A stretch of 57,735 bases of DNA, the filler included, from Ionaspis alba (lineage: Eukaryota), in the NCBI GenBank assembly GCA_964255285.1. It is 4 parts of 4 records of this genome, joined end to end, with 100 filler letters (N's around TTAATTAATTAA, not from the genome) between each part and the next. Parts side by side here need not be neighbours in the genome. Positions count along the whole stretch, not along the records: positions 14,498 to 28,876 come from CAXUUL010000423.1; positions 28,977 to 43,307 come from CAXUUL010000424.1; 2 more parts are not named here. One strand, written 5' to 3'. The position numbers and the translations under genes were made by a program. The notes beneath the pieces are model-generated. The model saw only the letters and a list, made by a program, of their open reading frames with translations, made no database searches and was not told where the DNA came from. This document shows, in pieces, positions 23,753 through 35,889 of the stretch (position 1 is its first letter; each line of letters starts with the position of its first letter).

Positions 23753-26700
23753 ATGTCTCTACATATATACTTGGCTCACAACGGTGTTTGTTTGATCCCA
23801 GACGTGGTTTCCTTCTCTTCGTAAACATCCTGAGTCTACAGACCATCTTTAGGAGAATTTACTGACCCTGAGAAGATTAGAGGATCTCAAAATATGGATC
23901 GCGCGAAAGAGTGCTATCAAGACCAGTCGCCAGATTCTTATGACCGCTCGTGGCAAGCAGGTCAAGCTACAAACTCTACTGACAGAGGTACTCGATCTAT
24001 TCATGGGCGCATCGATTTTGACGCTCGCTAATGAGCTTCTAGAAGGAGATCTTTGTGTATGATCGCGAGCTCCTCGGTGCATCGCCTGATGGAATCCCTA
24101 ACCAAGCTACACCTACCGTCGCGGTCCCATCGCCGTTTATTCCTTCAGACCCACCCAATGCGGTAACAGACGAAGGGAGCCTGGAGGCATGGCAGAAGCT
24201 GTTCAGAAGTCGCCGGGCGTGGGCTATAGATCTCTTCAACCGATGTAACGATATGGGGAAACAGATATTAAAGCACGATGCAGAAGCTGCGATTATTCGG
24301 CGGGCAACGGCCATTGCAGTCGAAAACATAAAGCAACATGTGGGGTCTCTTCATCAGAAGCACGACGAAACTATGAGCTGGGCCGATGATGCCTTAAAAG
24401 ACCACAACTCCCTTCTGAAGAATTGCGAAGCCTCCCTGAGGAAACTGTCCATGATCAAAGCCAAGCCCGAGCTTAGACAATTCATGATTCAAAGCGGCAA
24501 AGGGCCAGGAGAGAAAAACACTAAGGAAGACCTATTTACGTTACAGAGTCTAGTCGATGTTTCAGAAGTACGATCAGGCACAACGACTGCCAGAGGAGTA
24601 TCGCAACGACTGAAGAAGGACGTCTCTTCATTGAATGCTGCGTATGACGATATCATAAAGCAGAGCACCGACATGATTGATAATTTCAGCCGTACTTTTA
24701 CTGCACCGGTGAAGGATATATCGGAGACCACAGCGACTCTGATTGAAGAGACCGAAGCAATTGTAAGAAAAATTGGCTCCGATTACGAAAACTGCCTCAG
24801 CCTTCCTAATAACCAAAAATCAATCGCTGCAATTTCTAAGACCGCACTCCTCCATACAAGGAATTTTTTGCCATCTCTCGTGGACACAGTCGGAGAAACT
24901 GACCAGCTGTTGCGCCAAACGGTAGATCGCAAAGTTGAGGTTATTGATTTTGCGATTTCTTATATGAAGCAAATCTCTAAAATTGAATCAGCGCTAGCGG
25001 ACATACAACCGCAGTTACAGGCCCTGGATGTTGGGGACGAGGCGGGAACGGCGTTTGACACTGTTAACTTTATTGATACCTTACCATTAGTTTATGGATC
25101 ACTTCTTATCGAGCTTGTTCGACGGAGAGAATGGGGCGAAAAGATGACAGGAGATTCATCGACACTTGCTGAAGAGATGGCCGTCTACAAAGAAGAAGAG
25201 GAACGTAGGCGAAAGAAGTGGTTAAAATCCATAGCCGACTTCATCAAACCCGAGGCCCTGAGCAGCAAGGCTATGGGTATTGAGGTCAACCTGAAGCCAC
25301 AGGGGCAGACCTTGCCGCACATCTCACGAGATGAGATCACTGACTATATTACTGACCTTCAAAACGTTGGCGGATTTGGGGAAGTACTAAGAGATATCAT
25401 TGACATGAGAACAAATCTTGATGCTCCATCCAAGCAACAGATTCGACGAAATAATGCTTTCAAGAACGGAAGTATTCACGACGCGACATTCGGCAGGAAT
25501 TCTCTTCTACTTCGTGGTGATGATGACCTACTGCGTTCTCTCCAAACTGATAAGACTAAGCTTGAAGATCGGCTCAAGGGTTCCGAGAGTCGCGTTAGGA
25601 AACTCGAGGACTTGTTGCACAGGCAAAGCCAGATTTCCAGACCAAGCAGTGGAAACGCGCTTGGTCCTGGCAGTGGTCAAGGTCTACAGCGTCATACCAC
25701 TTCTCCCATACTAAACCACGCGTCGTCTTCGCCCAAAGCGCAGGACAATCTATCGCGTCGATCATCAGTGTCGTCACGAAGGTTTTCCGGTAATTACGGT
25801 GTGGAAGAAAAGGCTCTTGCGCAGAGAATCGTCAGATTAGAGGCGGATCTTAGCACTGAGAAGGCAAAATCGGCACAACTGCAAGAATCGAGGTCAGCGC
25901 AAACCAAGCTTCAAGACGAGCTGAAGCAGCAAGTCGAGGAGGCAGCGACCACCAAGAAAGATTTGATGGACAACCTTAAGGCTCAACAGCATGAGTTTGA
26001 TGCCGAACGACGTATGTTCAAGAAAGAAAAGGAGACATTAGAAGGAGAATTTGATGACGCAGCAAATAATCATGACCATGCGAGGGCTGTACTCGAAGAA
26101 AGGAACCGCGAACTCGACGAGGAACTGGATAAGGTCAAGAAAGAAGCTGCCGAAGAAGTACAAAGGGCTCAAGGACAGATCGATTTCTTGAAGAACGACT
26201 ACACTATGCAAAGGGAGAAGGCTAACAAGCTTGAGCGCCAAGTCCAGCAACAAGAACAAGAGAAGTCAGGTCTCGAAACCAGAATATCAACTCTGCAAGC
26301 AGTCATCCAAGATCGAGACGATATTCAGACAGATTACCATCGAGCTCTTCGGGCATCTCACATCCATCTCTCCCCAGAGGAGATTGTACCAGATAGATTT
26401 GACCTCCTCGTTGAAGCTGTTGAAGTGCTCGCAGAGAGGTCTGCGAATCATGTGAGAGAGCTGCAGCAAGCACTCGAAACTTTGCGCACAGATAACGCGT
26501 TGTTAGAAAGCCGAAGCCATAAGGAAGATGAGGAGATGTCTAATCTCAAGGACCGAATCGCCCATGAAGAAATGGAAGGATTTTCTGTGCGCGAGGAGTT
26601 GGCGGAGCATAGAGCTCGTTACAACTCTCTGCAGACAGAGCTCGATGACGAGCGTAGAGAGCTACAAGATCTCCGATCTAGGATAGCATCGGGTGACACC

Positions 26701-28038
26701 GGATCTGAACTACTCAAGGCCAGGATTATGGAGGAGGAGAACAAAGCCCATCATCTGACAACAGAGCTGGCGTCTTCGAATGCGAGAGGCGAGCTTCTGG
26801 AAACAACTTTGGAAGAAAAGACGAGACTCATCGAGTCTATGCAGATTTTACAGACTACCACAGATTCCCGAAATGAGATGAGGGCCAGACGTGCTCAAGA
26901 ATTATCCACTCGTCTCTTCTCCCAAGCGGACCGTCTGACTCGACTGCTCGAACAAGTAGGGTTTACAGTCACCAAGGGCGAAGATGGCATGACAGTTCAG
27001 CGAACACCAAAGACTACCAGCGCCAGCACGCTCCTCATCGATCAATCCCAGTCTATGGGCCGCAGCCTTTCCTCTCCTTTACCGACCAAAACCGAAGAGC
27101 AACCCTCTCCAAAGCATCTTCATTGGGCCCTCTCCCCCACCATTGACGCCGAAACACAATCCTACGACGCCTTCATCCGCTCCATCCAGTCTTTCGACAT
27201 CTCCACTTTCACCGAAGCCATCACCAAGCGCGTCAAGGAGACCGACCACACAGCGCGTAAATGGCAGCGCGAAGCCAAAGCCTACCGCGACAAAGCCCAC
27301 CGGTTCGCCCTCGAGGCTCACGAGAAGATCGCCTACCGCTCCTTCAAGGATGGCGATCTAGCCCTCTTCCTGCCCACTCGCAACCAAGCCACCCGTCCTT
27401 GGGCGGCCTTCAACGTCGGCGCTCCGCACTACTTCCTCCGCGAACAGGACTCACATCGGCTGCAATCACGCGACTGGTTACTCGCGCGGATCTCGAGAGT
27501 CGAGGAGCGCGTCGTCGATCTCAGTAAATCGATCAATGGAATGCGGCCGCCGAGCTCGCAGAGCCAGCGACGCAACTCGCTCACCTCCACCAGTGATGGT
27601 GGTGCGTCCGTCGATGATGAGAATCCGTTTGAACTGTCAGATGGCTTGAGATGGTATTTGCTTGATGCGGCGGAGGAGAAACCTGGGGCGCCGTCTACGC
27701 CGGGACTGGGAAAGAGCACGGTGGCGAGCGCGAATGTGGCGGCTAGTGGGAGCATTGGAAGGAAGAGGCCAGATGAGGGCAGTGCGGTCTCAAGAACGCT
27801 AGCGAAGAGTTTGGATTCGAGAAGGGGCAGTGCGGGTTCTAGGAAAAGTCTCGTCGGGGCTGCAGCCACTCCCGCCGTGACTGCAGGCTCGATACTTGAG
27901 GATGCGACGAAGGGGACTGGAGTCGATGGATCTAGACCGGGGGTTGAGGACGGTAGGGTTCAAGATGATGGGAAGCCGGTGAAGAGCACCGGCCCTTTTG
28001 AGGATGAAGTACGCCAGGATCTGCTGTGGGGTCCGTGA
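23753..28038 (+). CDS. ATG11: Autophagy-related protein Atg11 (3 exons)
   Basis: Exons MSLHIYLAHNG.., ..RQILMTARGKQVKLQTLLTE, then the 1327-aa coiled-coil ORF with the Atg11 claw motifs KIAYRSFKDGDLALFLPTRNQATRPWAAFNVGAPHYFL and DDENPFELSDGLRWYLLDA. Confidence 0.95.
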
Positions 28039-28876
28039 GGTTGAGCTGTGGCTGACGGGTGCAGGGGGTTCATCGAGGTGCTTCTCCAGTACCTTCAAGA
28101 GGCGCTTCTCCCAACAAGGATATGGCTGCCACTGGATCTCGAATTGACGCCATCGCTGCCTCATCGACCTATGAAAAGGCATCCCCGACCAAGTCTTCGA
28201 GGTCCTTGTCGCCAAGGAAGTCACCGGAGAAGGGTAGATCGAGGGCGTGGGACTCGTTGTGGTCTGTCGAGTATAACGTTGAAGGTGGAGGGAAGAAGTG
28301 AGAGATTCATCTGGAGAAAGTATTGTGTCTAGTAGATGTGATTTGCAATTTGTGTTAAGCGAACGAGAGCGCGTATACCCTTTATATGGTGCGTGTAGAT
28401 TATTGTACTAAAGCAAATAATTTCATCGTTGAATTCAAGCCATCTTGGTTTATACTTCTGTTAACGCTCGTGACGTCTTATACCCGAGGATTCAATGCTT
28501 TAGCCCAAAGCTCAAGCGAGCGTTAATGGCGACTTGTGCCTAACAATATCAAGCCCAACATTTCGTAGGGTTTTGCCAGATCTGACTAGCCGGACACTTT
28601 AGCATCACGTGCATACTCGCCAAGCATCGCCTCATCATTCGCCATGTCTTGGCCTTGGCGCTCGCCTCTTCTACCAATCTTCATCGTTCACCTACCGTCC
28701 AAATTCCCTATTACTGCATCCCATACGCGCCCATTGCCACCGTTTGATTCAACAACGGGTATAAGATCGTCCAGAGCTATCATTATGTGCAAAAGCCAAG
28801 CCGGAGAAAATGCTTGGCCATACATCCTAGTGGTTGGGCACATGGACAGCCGGCTGCGCAACCCTACTATGCCAAG

Positions 28877-28976
28877 NNNNNNNNNNNNNNNNNNNNNNNN
28901 NNNNNNNNNNNNNNNNNNNNTTAATTAATTAANNNNNNNNNNNNNNNNNNNNNNNNNNNNNNNNNNNNNNNNNNNN
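28877..28976. other. Artificial contig-join linker (N-TTAATTAATTAA-N)
   Basis: Spacer at 28921-28932. Confidence 0.97.
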
Positions 28977-29309
28977 ATGGTTAGTGGCAACTATTCCTAC
29001 ATTGGGTGCTATAACTTCCCAGGCCCCGGCCCTGAACCTATCACGGCTTTGCTGAATGGGAACCCTACGAATGCCACCATTGAAAGTTGTGCGGCCTTCT
29101 GTACCGGTTATACCTATTTCGGTACTTATTACTATGGTAAATGCGATTGCGGCAACCAGATTGATATCCGTGCATATCTCATGGCTGGTACAAATTGTAC
29201 GTCGAAATGCGATGGCAATAAAACGGAGACCTGCGGTGCCGACAAGGCTTACAGTGTCTATCAACTGACAGCTAACATTACATCGGGTAATGGTACATTC
29301 ATGTTGTAA
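28977..29309 (+). CDS. C-terminal fragment of a WSC-domain protein (5' end lost at contig edge)
   Basis: YSYIGCY..TIESCAAFCTGYTYFGTYYYGKCDCGN..CTSKCDGNKTETCGA..SVY matches the 8-Cys WSC pattern. Confidence 0.85.
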   Translation: MVSGNYSYIGCYNFPGPGPEPITALLNGNPTNATIESCAAFCTGYTYFGTYYYGKCDCGNQIDIRAYLMAGTNCTSKCDGNKTETCGADKAYSVYQLTANITSGNGTFML

Positions 29310-30013
29310 TGTAGTCTCTGAAGTGGTCGTTGTGGTTTTTCAGGAATTGGAAGAGGCAATGGAGATGGACAGGAAAATGGTGAATACAGTCGAGGGGTCA
29401 AACGGAGAAGATGGATAGTGGAGGCTAGAGATGCCAGTACTGATGGTGGAAGATTCTACTTCACGTTTGCCATCATTGATGTTACGAGCTCTATGTGGCT
29501 GATGTTCAGTCCTGTCTTGGGATGTTAGATAGATTTGAACCCAGATTCAATGGTTTGAGTCATCCCTCCTGACCTCCTGAGTTGAACAGCGCCCATATAG
29601 TCAAGGTACCTCTGGGCCAAACAGGAGTTCATCATAATTGCAACATGAATGACCATGTTAGTCAGATCACGGCGTCCTATTTTGCACCGTATTTCTAACC
29701 TCAAATAATACACTAAAGCATCCGCGGACTCGACTACTAGGGCTGATTCTTAATACTTCAATGCCTGCATAAACAGTCGAGGCGAACGGCAACAAATTTC
29801 TGGCGATTAGTGGCCTGTTAGGGGCTGGTTCCCCGATTTATACGACCATAACAGGCGGCTAAGGCGCCCGTGCCCGGCACCCCCCCTACCCTTTGGGGGA
29901 TTGGATCTGCCAACTATTGTGGTTCGGCAACCATTTGTTGACTCACGCCTCGAGTGGATCGCAAGCAGCTTTAGCAGCTTATTAAGTTGTTCAGGACTAT
30001 CTCAAGCTCCTTC

Positions 30014-33000
30014 ATGGCCTTGACGTCGGTAAGTACAAGCTGTAGCAGATCTCACAATCATCGCGGCTAACGGGCTTTAGTGGAAAGTTTTCAACTTCTT
30101 TGAAGTCACCCAGTTGAAGCCTCCGGACAGTTCCCTCTTCGAGGTAGATTCTACACCTCAAATCGTAATCCGCTTCAATAGGCTGACACAAAAAGTCCAC
30201 CTCCCTCACCAGCATTTGTACTGGCTCTGCCAATTTATTTCTTGGTACTAATAGCGGTCATGTCCACATTTTATCCCAAACCCTCAAACTCGTTCGCAGC
30301 TTCCAGGCCTACGATGCCGGCTCGATCACGCACATGAAACAGGTGGATGGGACGGCACTACTGGTTACAATCGCCGAGGATCTTTCCAACGAACCGATAT
30401 TGAAAGTATGGGCATTGGACAAGCTTGAAAAGAAGAACGGGGTGCCGAAATGTTTGAGTAGTGTGGGGGTGCAGAATGGAAGGAGGCAGTTTCCGGTACG
30501 TACAGTCATCCAGTGTGATGGAGATAAGGTCTAAGAGGTGATGGTATAGATATCAGCATTTGCTGCTTTGGATGATCTATCGCAAATAGCGGTCGGATTT
30601 GCCAATGGGGCTGTTACTGTGGTAAGGGGTGACTTGATCCATGATCGTGGAGCAAAGCAGCGGACTGTTTTTGAGTCCGAGGAACCGATCACTGGGGTCG
30701 AGTTTCTCGTCGGCGGGCAAGCTACAATTTTGTATCTCTCCACGACCGGTAGAATCCTGACGCTCACAATAGCAGGAAGAGGCCAGGGACAACCGGCCAA
30801 ACCTCTGGAAGATACAGGTTGTGGGGTTGGATGCATGACTATCGATGAAAGCAATGGGGAAATTGTTGTGGTTCGCGATGATGCTATCTACTACTACGGT
30901 GCAAATGGACGAGGGCCGTCCTATGCATATGAGGGACCGAAACAGCTTGTTAAGACGTTTAGACACTATGTGGCATTGGTGTCGCCGCCGCAAGCGCCCG
31001 TCACCAGCAGGTTGAACCCTCTGAGGATGTTTGGTGGTGGCGCTACAGATGATATATTTAGTACCTCGACTTTCGCGATACTGGACACGGACTTGAATTA
31101 TGTTGCGCATACAGAATCACTAGCCTCCACGATTCAAGCGGTCTTTGTCGAGTGGGAAGATATGTTTCTGCTTACAACCGATGGGAAGGTCCGTCAATTC
31201 ATCTTTGCTAATGACTGTGTATACTGACCTTCCAGCTCTTTCGATACCACGAAAAGTCCATCCAGGAAAAGCTTGAGATATTGTACCAACGAGATTTATA
31301 CGTCATGGCTATAAATTTTGCTCAGAAAGCGAATCTAGATGTTACGCAGAAGAACGTCATCCTGAGAAAGTACGGTGATTATCTATACCAGAAAGGGGAC
31401 TTCGACACGGCTATGCAGCAATATCTCAAGGCTATCGACAATACAGAGCCGTCTCAAGTCATTCGCAAGGTAGTCCAACTACACTATGATTTCGCTCTAG
31501 CTGATTATTCATGTATAGTTCCTTGATACCCAACGTATACACAACCTAATCGAGTATCTCGAGGAACTGCATGAGCATGATAAAGCTACTGTTGACCATA
31601 CGACACTATTACTTAATTGTTATGCAAAGCTCAAAGACACCGAGAAGCTTGAAACATTCATAAAGTCCGACAATAACTTTGATTTCGAGACCGCTATCAC
31701 AATGTGCCGCCAAGGCGGGTACCACGACCAGGCAGTCTATCTCGCCAAGAAACATGGCGAGCATGATCTAGTAGTCGACGTCCTTATCGAAGACTCGAAG
31801 AGTTATGATGAAGCTCTCCGTTACATTTGGACGCTTTCTCCAGATCTCGCATATCCAAACATAATGAAGTACGCTCGTGTACTTCTCGAACATTGCCCCA
31901 AAGGCGCTACTAAGATGTTCATCGATTATTATACTGGAGGGTATCGACCCAAGAAAGATTTACCAATTCCAGTCCCTGCCGAAGCTCAAGGCGGGGCAGT
32001 AAGTGCTTTGCCTAGCCTCACCTCTTTCATCCCGCTAGCATACAGGCAAACACAGAATTTGATTTCTCCAGCTACGCCTGGACCTCAATCAGCGGATATG
32101 AGTGCTGCTGAAACTGAGGAAGCTGAAATCGCAGAACCTCCTCTCGAATATCATATTCCCAAACCTAGGACAGCGTTCTCGGTGTTTGTGGATCACCCGG
32201 AGGAATTTATCGTATTTCTTGAATCGTGTCTGAAGCAGGAGCACCTCGAAGAAGGAGACAAGACTGATCTATATACTGCTCTTTTTGAGATGTATCTGGA
32301 AACGGCAAGCCGTCTGAAAGGAGCAGAAAAAGATGAGTGGGAAGCCAAGGCGAAAGGTCTGATTGATAACCAGGAGGTCAGACATATTCCTTACGCGAGG
32401 AAAAGCGCATTACTGAAACTGGCAGGTCCCGATCGACGCATCTAATGTCCTTCTTCTTTCCCATCTATCCGACTTCCAGGACGGTACAATTCTCGTTCGA
32501 GAGCAGCAAGGCCTTCGATTCGACATCTTCCGCTCATACACTTCCGCGAACGACACTGCAGGAGCTATAAAGGCCCTGCGGAAATATGGGCCCTCAGAAC
32601 CTCAGCTCTACCCTGCTGCTCTTGCTTACTTCACCTCGACGCCACGCATCCTCCAGGAAGCAGGCCCGGAGTTGGACGCGGTGCTGAAGAAGATTGACGA
32701 GGATGGCCTGATGGCGCCATTACAAGTCATCCAGACACTGAGTACGAATGCGGTAGCCACAATGGGAATGGTAAAGAAGTATCTAGGTGATACTATTGAG
32801 CGTGAGCGGAAAGAGATATCAAATGTAAACTGCCTCTTCCTATGTACGGAATGAGAAACCATTCCGCTAATCCTTCGAATCACCTAGAATCGACGTCTCG
32901 CAGAATCTTACCGTAGCGAGACCGAGGCTAAGCGCACAGAACTCACCACCCTCGGTACACAACCCGTAGTCTTTCAGTCACGACGGTGTTCCGCCTGTGG

Positions 33001-33265
33001 AGGATCCCTGGACTTGCCTACTGTACATTTCCTCTGCAAACATTCGTTCCACCAACGCTGTCTCAACCAAGGGGCTAGGGACGAGAAGCTTGAGTGTCCA
33101 GTGTGTGCGAAGCAAAACGCGACGATTCGGGCCATCCGCAAGGCCCAGACAGAGGCGTCAGAGCGGCACGAGATGTTTCGGGAGGCATTGGGGAGGGGAG
33201 GATGGGCGGTTGTCGGGGAGTTCTTCGGAAGAGGAGTCATGGGTGGTGGTGCGGGCGTGGAGTAG
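30014..33265 (+). CDS. VPS11: Vacuolar protein sorting Vps11/Pep5 (HOPS/CORVET), about 8 exons
   Basis: MALTS|WKVFNFF start; LVTIAEDLSNEPILKVW; KYGDYLYQKGDFDTAMQQY; DHTTLLLNCYAKLKD; C-terminal RING-H2 CSACGGSLDLPTVHFLCKHSFHQRC..ECPVC. Confidence 0.95.
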
Positions 33266-33594
33266 TCGGAGAAGGCATTGGGAATGTTGCTTCATTTGCG
33301 AAAGATACCCGTGGGCTGAAACTCCAATTCGTCCTACCCAGCTCTGTAGTAGTTCCCTTCTGACGACTATCGCCTCCTTCCAATGGTCTTGAAATGTAGC
33401 ACAGTTGTTCTCTATCCCCATGTGGACGGCCCCACGCGCACTTTCACTCGTCGATTCTTATCTTGCTCGGGTCCAAGACATGCCAAGCCCTCTTTTTGCC
33501 TTACGAACATCGCGACTCGACAACACGTCTTCACGCGTCCAGCTCCAGAATCTGCAAACCCGAGCAGCATAACTCGACGTCATCCTCTCAGAGC

Positions 33595-35889
33595 ATGCCG
33601 ATCCGCCGCATTGTTCAGGACTCCGATGATGAAGACTCTTTGTCCGTTGGCAACATCTCGCCTGAGAAATTGGCCTCAGGTTGTGGAACTGTGCCAAATG
33701 TATTCAATGTTGATTCCGTGGCGGGGAATGGCGATACAGCGGAACCTGGTGAGAATGCGAGAGGGACGGCAAAAGTCACGGAGAGGAATGAGAGCACAGG
33801 TTCAACTGAGCGACTAAGCAGAGAGATCAATTCCGCACACGAAACCCTATTGGATCCGTCCCCAGATCCCATCTCCGCCGCTTCCCATGCCGATGTGAGA
33901 CTTACCCCTTACGCATCTGATCGTGCTTGGGAGGGCGAGCATACAACCTCTTCCCGAAAGATCACGAGCAGTACGAATCACCTTAGTGGCTCCTACCCCT
34001 CTTTCGCCTCTGCCACGCCTTCCAAACCCAAACGGCGGCATTCCGATAGAAAACCTACAAAAACTTATGGGAACAAGACTACAGTCGAAGTTTTTGGGGC
34101 TGTGGAGGAGGGCTGGAATGAGGATGGGGTGGAGCACTCTCCGAAATCGAGCGCTAGTGCTATTATACATCAGAACGGGGGAAGGAGGACAATTTCCTCG
34201 TCATCGGAGGCACGGCATGAGCTTGGGAAGGAGGGTCAGAATACCTTACCAGCGAGAGCAGAAGAGGCAAAAAGGCTGCAGAGAAGGGCCACTACGCACG
34301 GTATCTCATTTTTGACTACGAGTGGGACTTCTGATGCTGTTGTTGGTAACGAACGAGGTGGAACAAGACCTATATCAGAGGGAATGCGCATGGAGATTGC
34401 TGAAGTAGAGGAAGACGTCAAGACGGGCTTGCTGGAATTTCCCGCTGCGACTTGCACTATGAAGGAGTTGGAATTGCAGCATTTTGGCTCGAGCACGGAG
34501 CCTTTAACGTCAGAAGATGGGGGGAAATGGAAGGAACGAGCACCGACGGATCGTTGTGAGGATAAATTCAAAGCTTCGGATTCTATGATGACAAGTTGGC
34601 AGTCAGATGGGCTTAGTGGTGAAGGACCTGATCGCCTTTCCGATAAGGTTTCCCGTCAAAACAGTCGCCATGATCCTCTTGAAGGAGGCTCCAAGGACAA
34701 AGAGTCGAGTTATTCAGAGATTCAGGTCACACCACTATCTAAGAACAGCAGTTCTGAGATACTCACGAACAAACAGAATCCAGAACGCCCCGTCCAAGAT
34801 GCATCACAGGATGACTCATCGCTCTTACCTTCTAGGCTGGCTGATTCCAGCTCGCCAATTCGGGCCGTCTCCTCCAAGAAAAAGAAAAAGTTCGAAGACC
34901 TTCCATCAGATGGTCCTGAATCTGATGACTTCGCTGTGGGACTACCACCAGAGCAGTATAAGCCTCGCCCCAGCCGGTCGAGGGCGCATCGTGCGGTCGA
35001 CGACTTGAGCATCGAGATTGACTATTCGAAACGACCGGAAACTGTTGCGAAGAACAGGGCGAAGAGAAGAAAGACAGCTGGTGATGTTTTGGTGGATGAG
35101 GAGGATCGAGAAATCAAGCCCATGCTTGAAACCAACGAAGATCGATCAGAGACTAACGAGCCCGCCAAAGCAGCCGAAACTGTGGATTTGGAGACTACGA
35201 ACATGAAAGAAGACACCAACAATAAGGTCGCTCTGCAACCGCAAAATCAACCACTCCAAGCCTCCTTGTCTACCACTGGACCTCCAGAAACCGTCCCGAA
35301 GAAAAAAAGAGGACGTCCCAAGAAGCAAATTATGGAGCCCAATCCTTGCGAGGCCACCCCCAATGTGCTACCAGATCTCAATGAGTCATATATAGCTCCA
35401 TCCGTTCTTCCACAGCCTCCCACACCCGCGAAGATCAACTCTAAGAAGCGCAAACGGAGCAAAACCGAACCCGCGATCCCAAGCAGCCCCATCGTCGTAG
35501 ATTCAGATTCAGATTCAGAAAGAGATCCTGATACATCGCCACGATGTTCGAAGACCAAGCTGTCGCACCCACAGACTCCTACTGATGCGTCTGTCTCTGT
35601 GCCGCTAAGTGAGAAGAGCGATGCAAATGTCGTCAAGCAATCTAAATTAACCTCGGCGAAGGAAGAGTCGGATGTCCTTGGCGGAGACGATTGCAAGGGA
35701 CAGAAATTGTGGGGAGCAAGTCCAGCGGCGATTGGAGAAGGGGAGAGGTCCACGGCGACTCCACTGAAGAAGGAAAGCAAGGGGCCAGACAGACCCAGTC
35801 CATTATTGCACAAGGGGGGGAGATGTCATCGCGTTGGATTAAGTCGGAAAGCCCCTGTTCAGTCACTTCTGAAGATTGTGCGGAAATAG
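33595..35889 (+). CDS. Largely disordered AT-hook protein
   Basis: Long ORF from MPIRRIVQDSDDED; AT-hook KKKRGRPKK; short motifs GLPPEQYKPRPSRSR and terminal RVGLSRKAPVQSLLKIVRK; NLS-like basic clusters. Confidence 0.8.
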   Translation: MPIRRIVQDSDDEDSLSVGNISPEKLASGCGTVPNVFNVDSVAGNGDTAEPGENARGTAKVTERNESTGSTERLSREINSAHETLLDPSPDPISAASHADVRLTPYASDRAWEGEHTTSSRKITSSTNHLSGSYPSFASATPSKPKRRHSDRKPTKTYGNKTTVEVFGAVEEGWNEDGVEHSPKSSASAIIHQNGGRRTISSSSEARHELGKEGQNTLPARAEEAKRLQRRATTHGISFLTTSGTSDAVVGNERGGTRPISEGMRMEIAEVEEDVKTGLLEFPAATCTMKELELQHFGSSTEPLTSEDGGKWKERAPTDRCEDKFKASDSMMTSWQSDGLSGEGPDRLSDKVSRQNSRHDPLEGGSKDKESSYSEIQVTPLSKNSSSEILTNKQNPERPVQDASQDDSSLLPSRLADSSSPIRAVSSKKKKKFEDLPSDGPESDDFAVGLPPEQYKPRPSRSRAHRAVDDLSIEIDYSKRPETVAKNRAKRRKTAGDVLVDEEDREIKPMLETNEDRSETNEPAKAAETVDLETTNMKEDTNNKVALQPQNQPLQASLSTTGPPETVPKKKRGRPKKQIMEPNPCEATPNVLPDLNESYIAPSVLPQPPTPAKINSKKRKRSKTEPAIPSSPIVVDSDSDSERDPDTSPRCSKTKLSHPQTPTDASVSVPLSEKSDANVVKQSKLTSAKEESDVLGGDDCKGQKLWGASPAAIGEGERSTATPLKKESKGPDRPSPLLHKGGRCHRVGLSRKAPVQSLLKIVRK

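Noticed and set aside
28644..28876. ORF running into the contig edge
   Set aside because: No motif and truncated; unsupported.
29838..29900. ATACGACCATA resembling the 5' end of fungal 5S rRNA
   Set aside because: Similarity ends after about 11 nt; no internal 5S boxes or closing stem.
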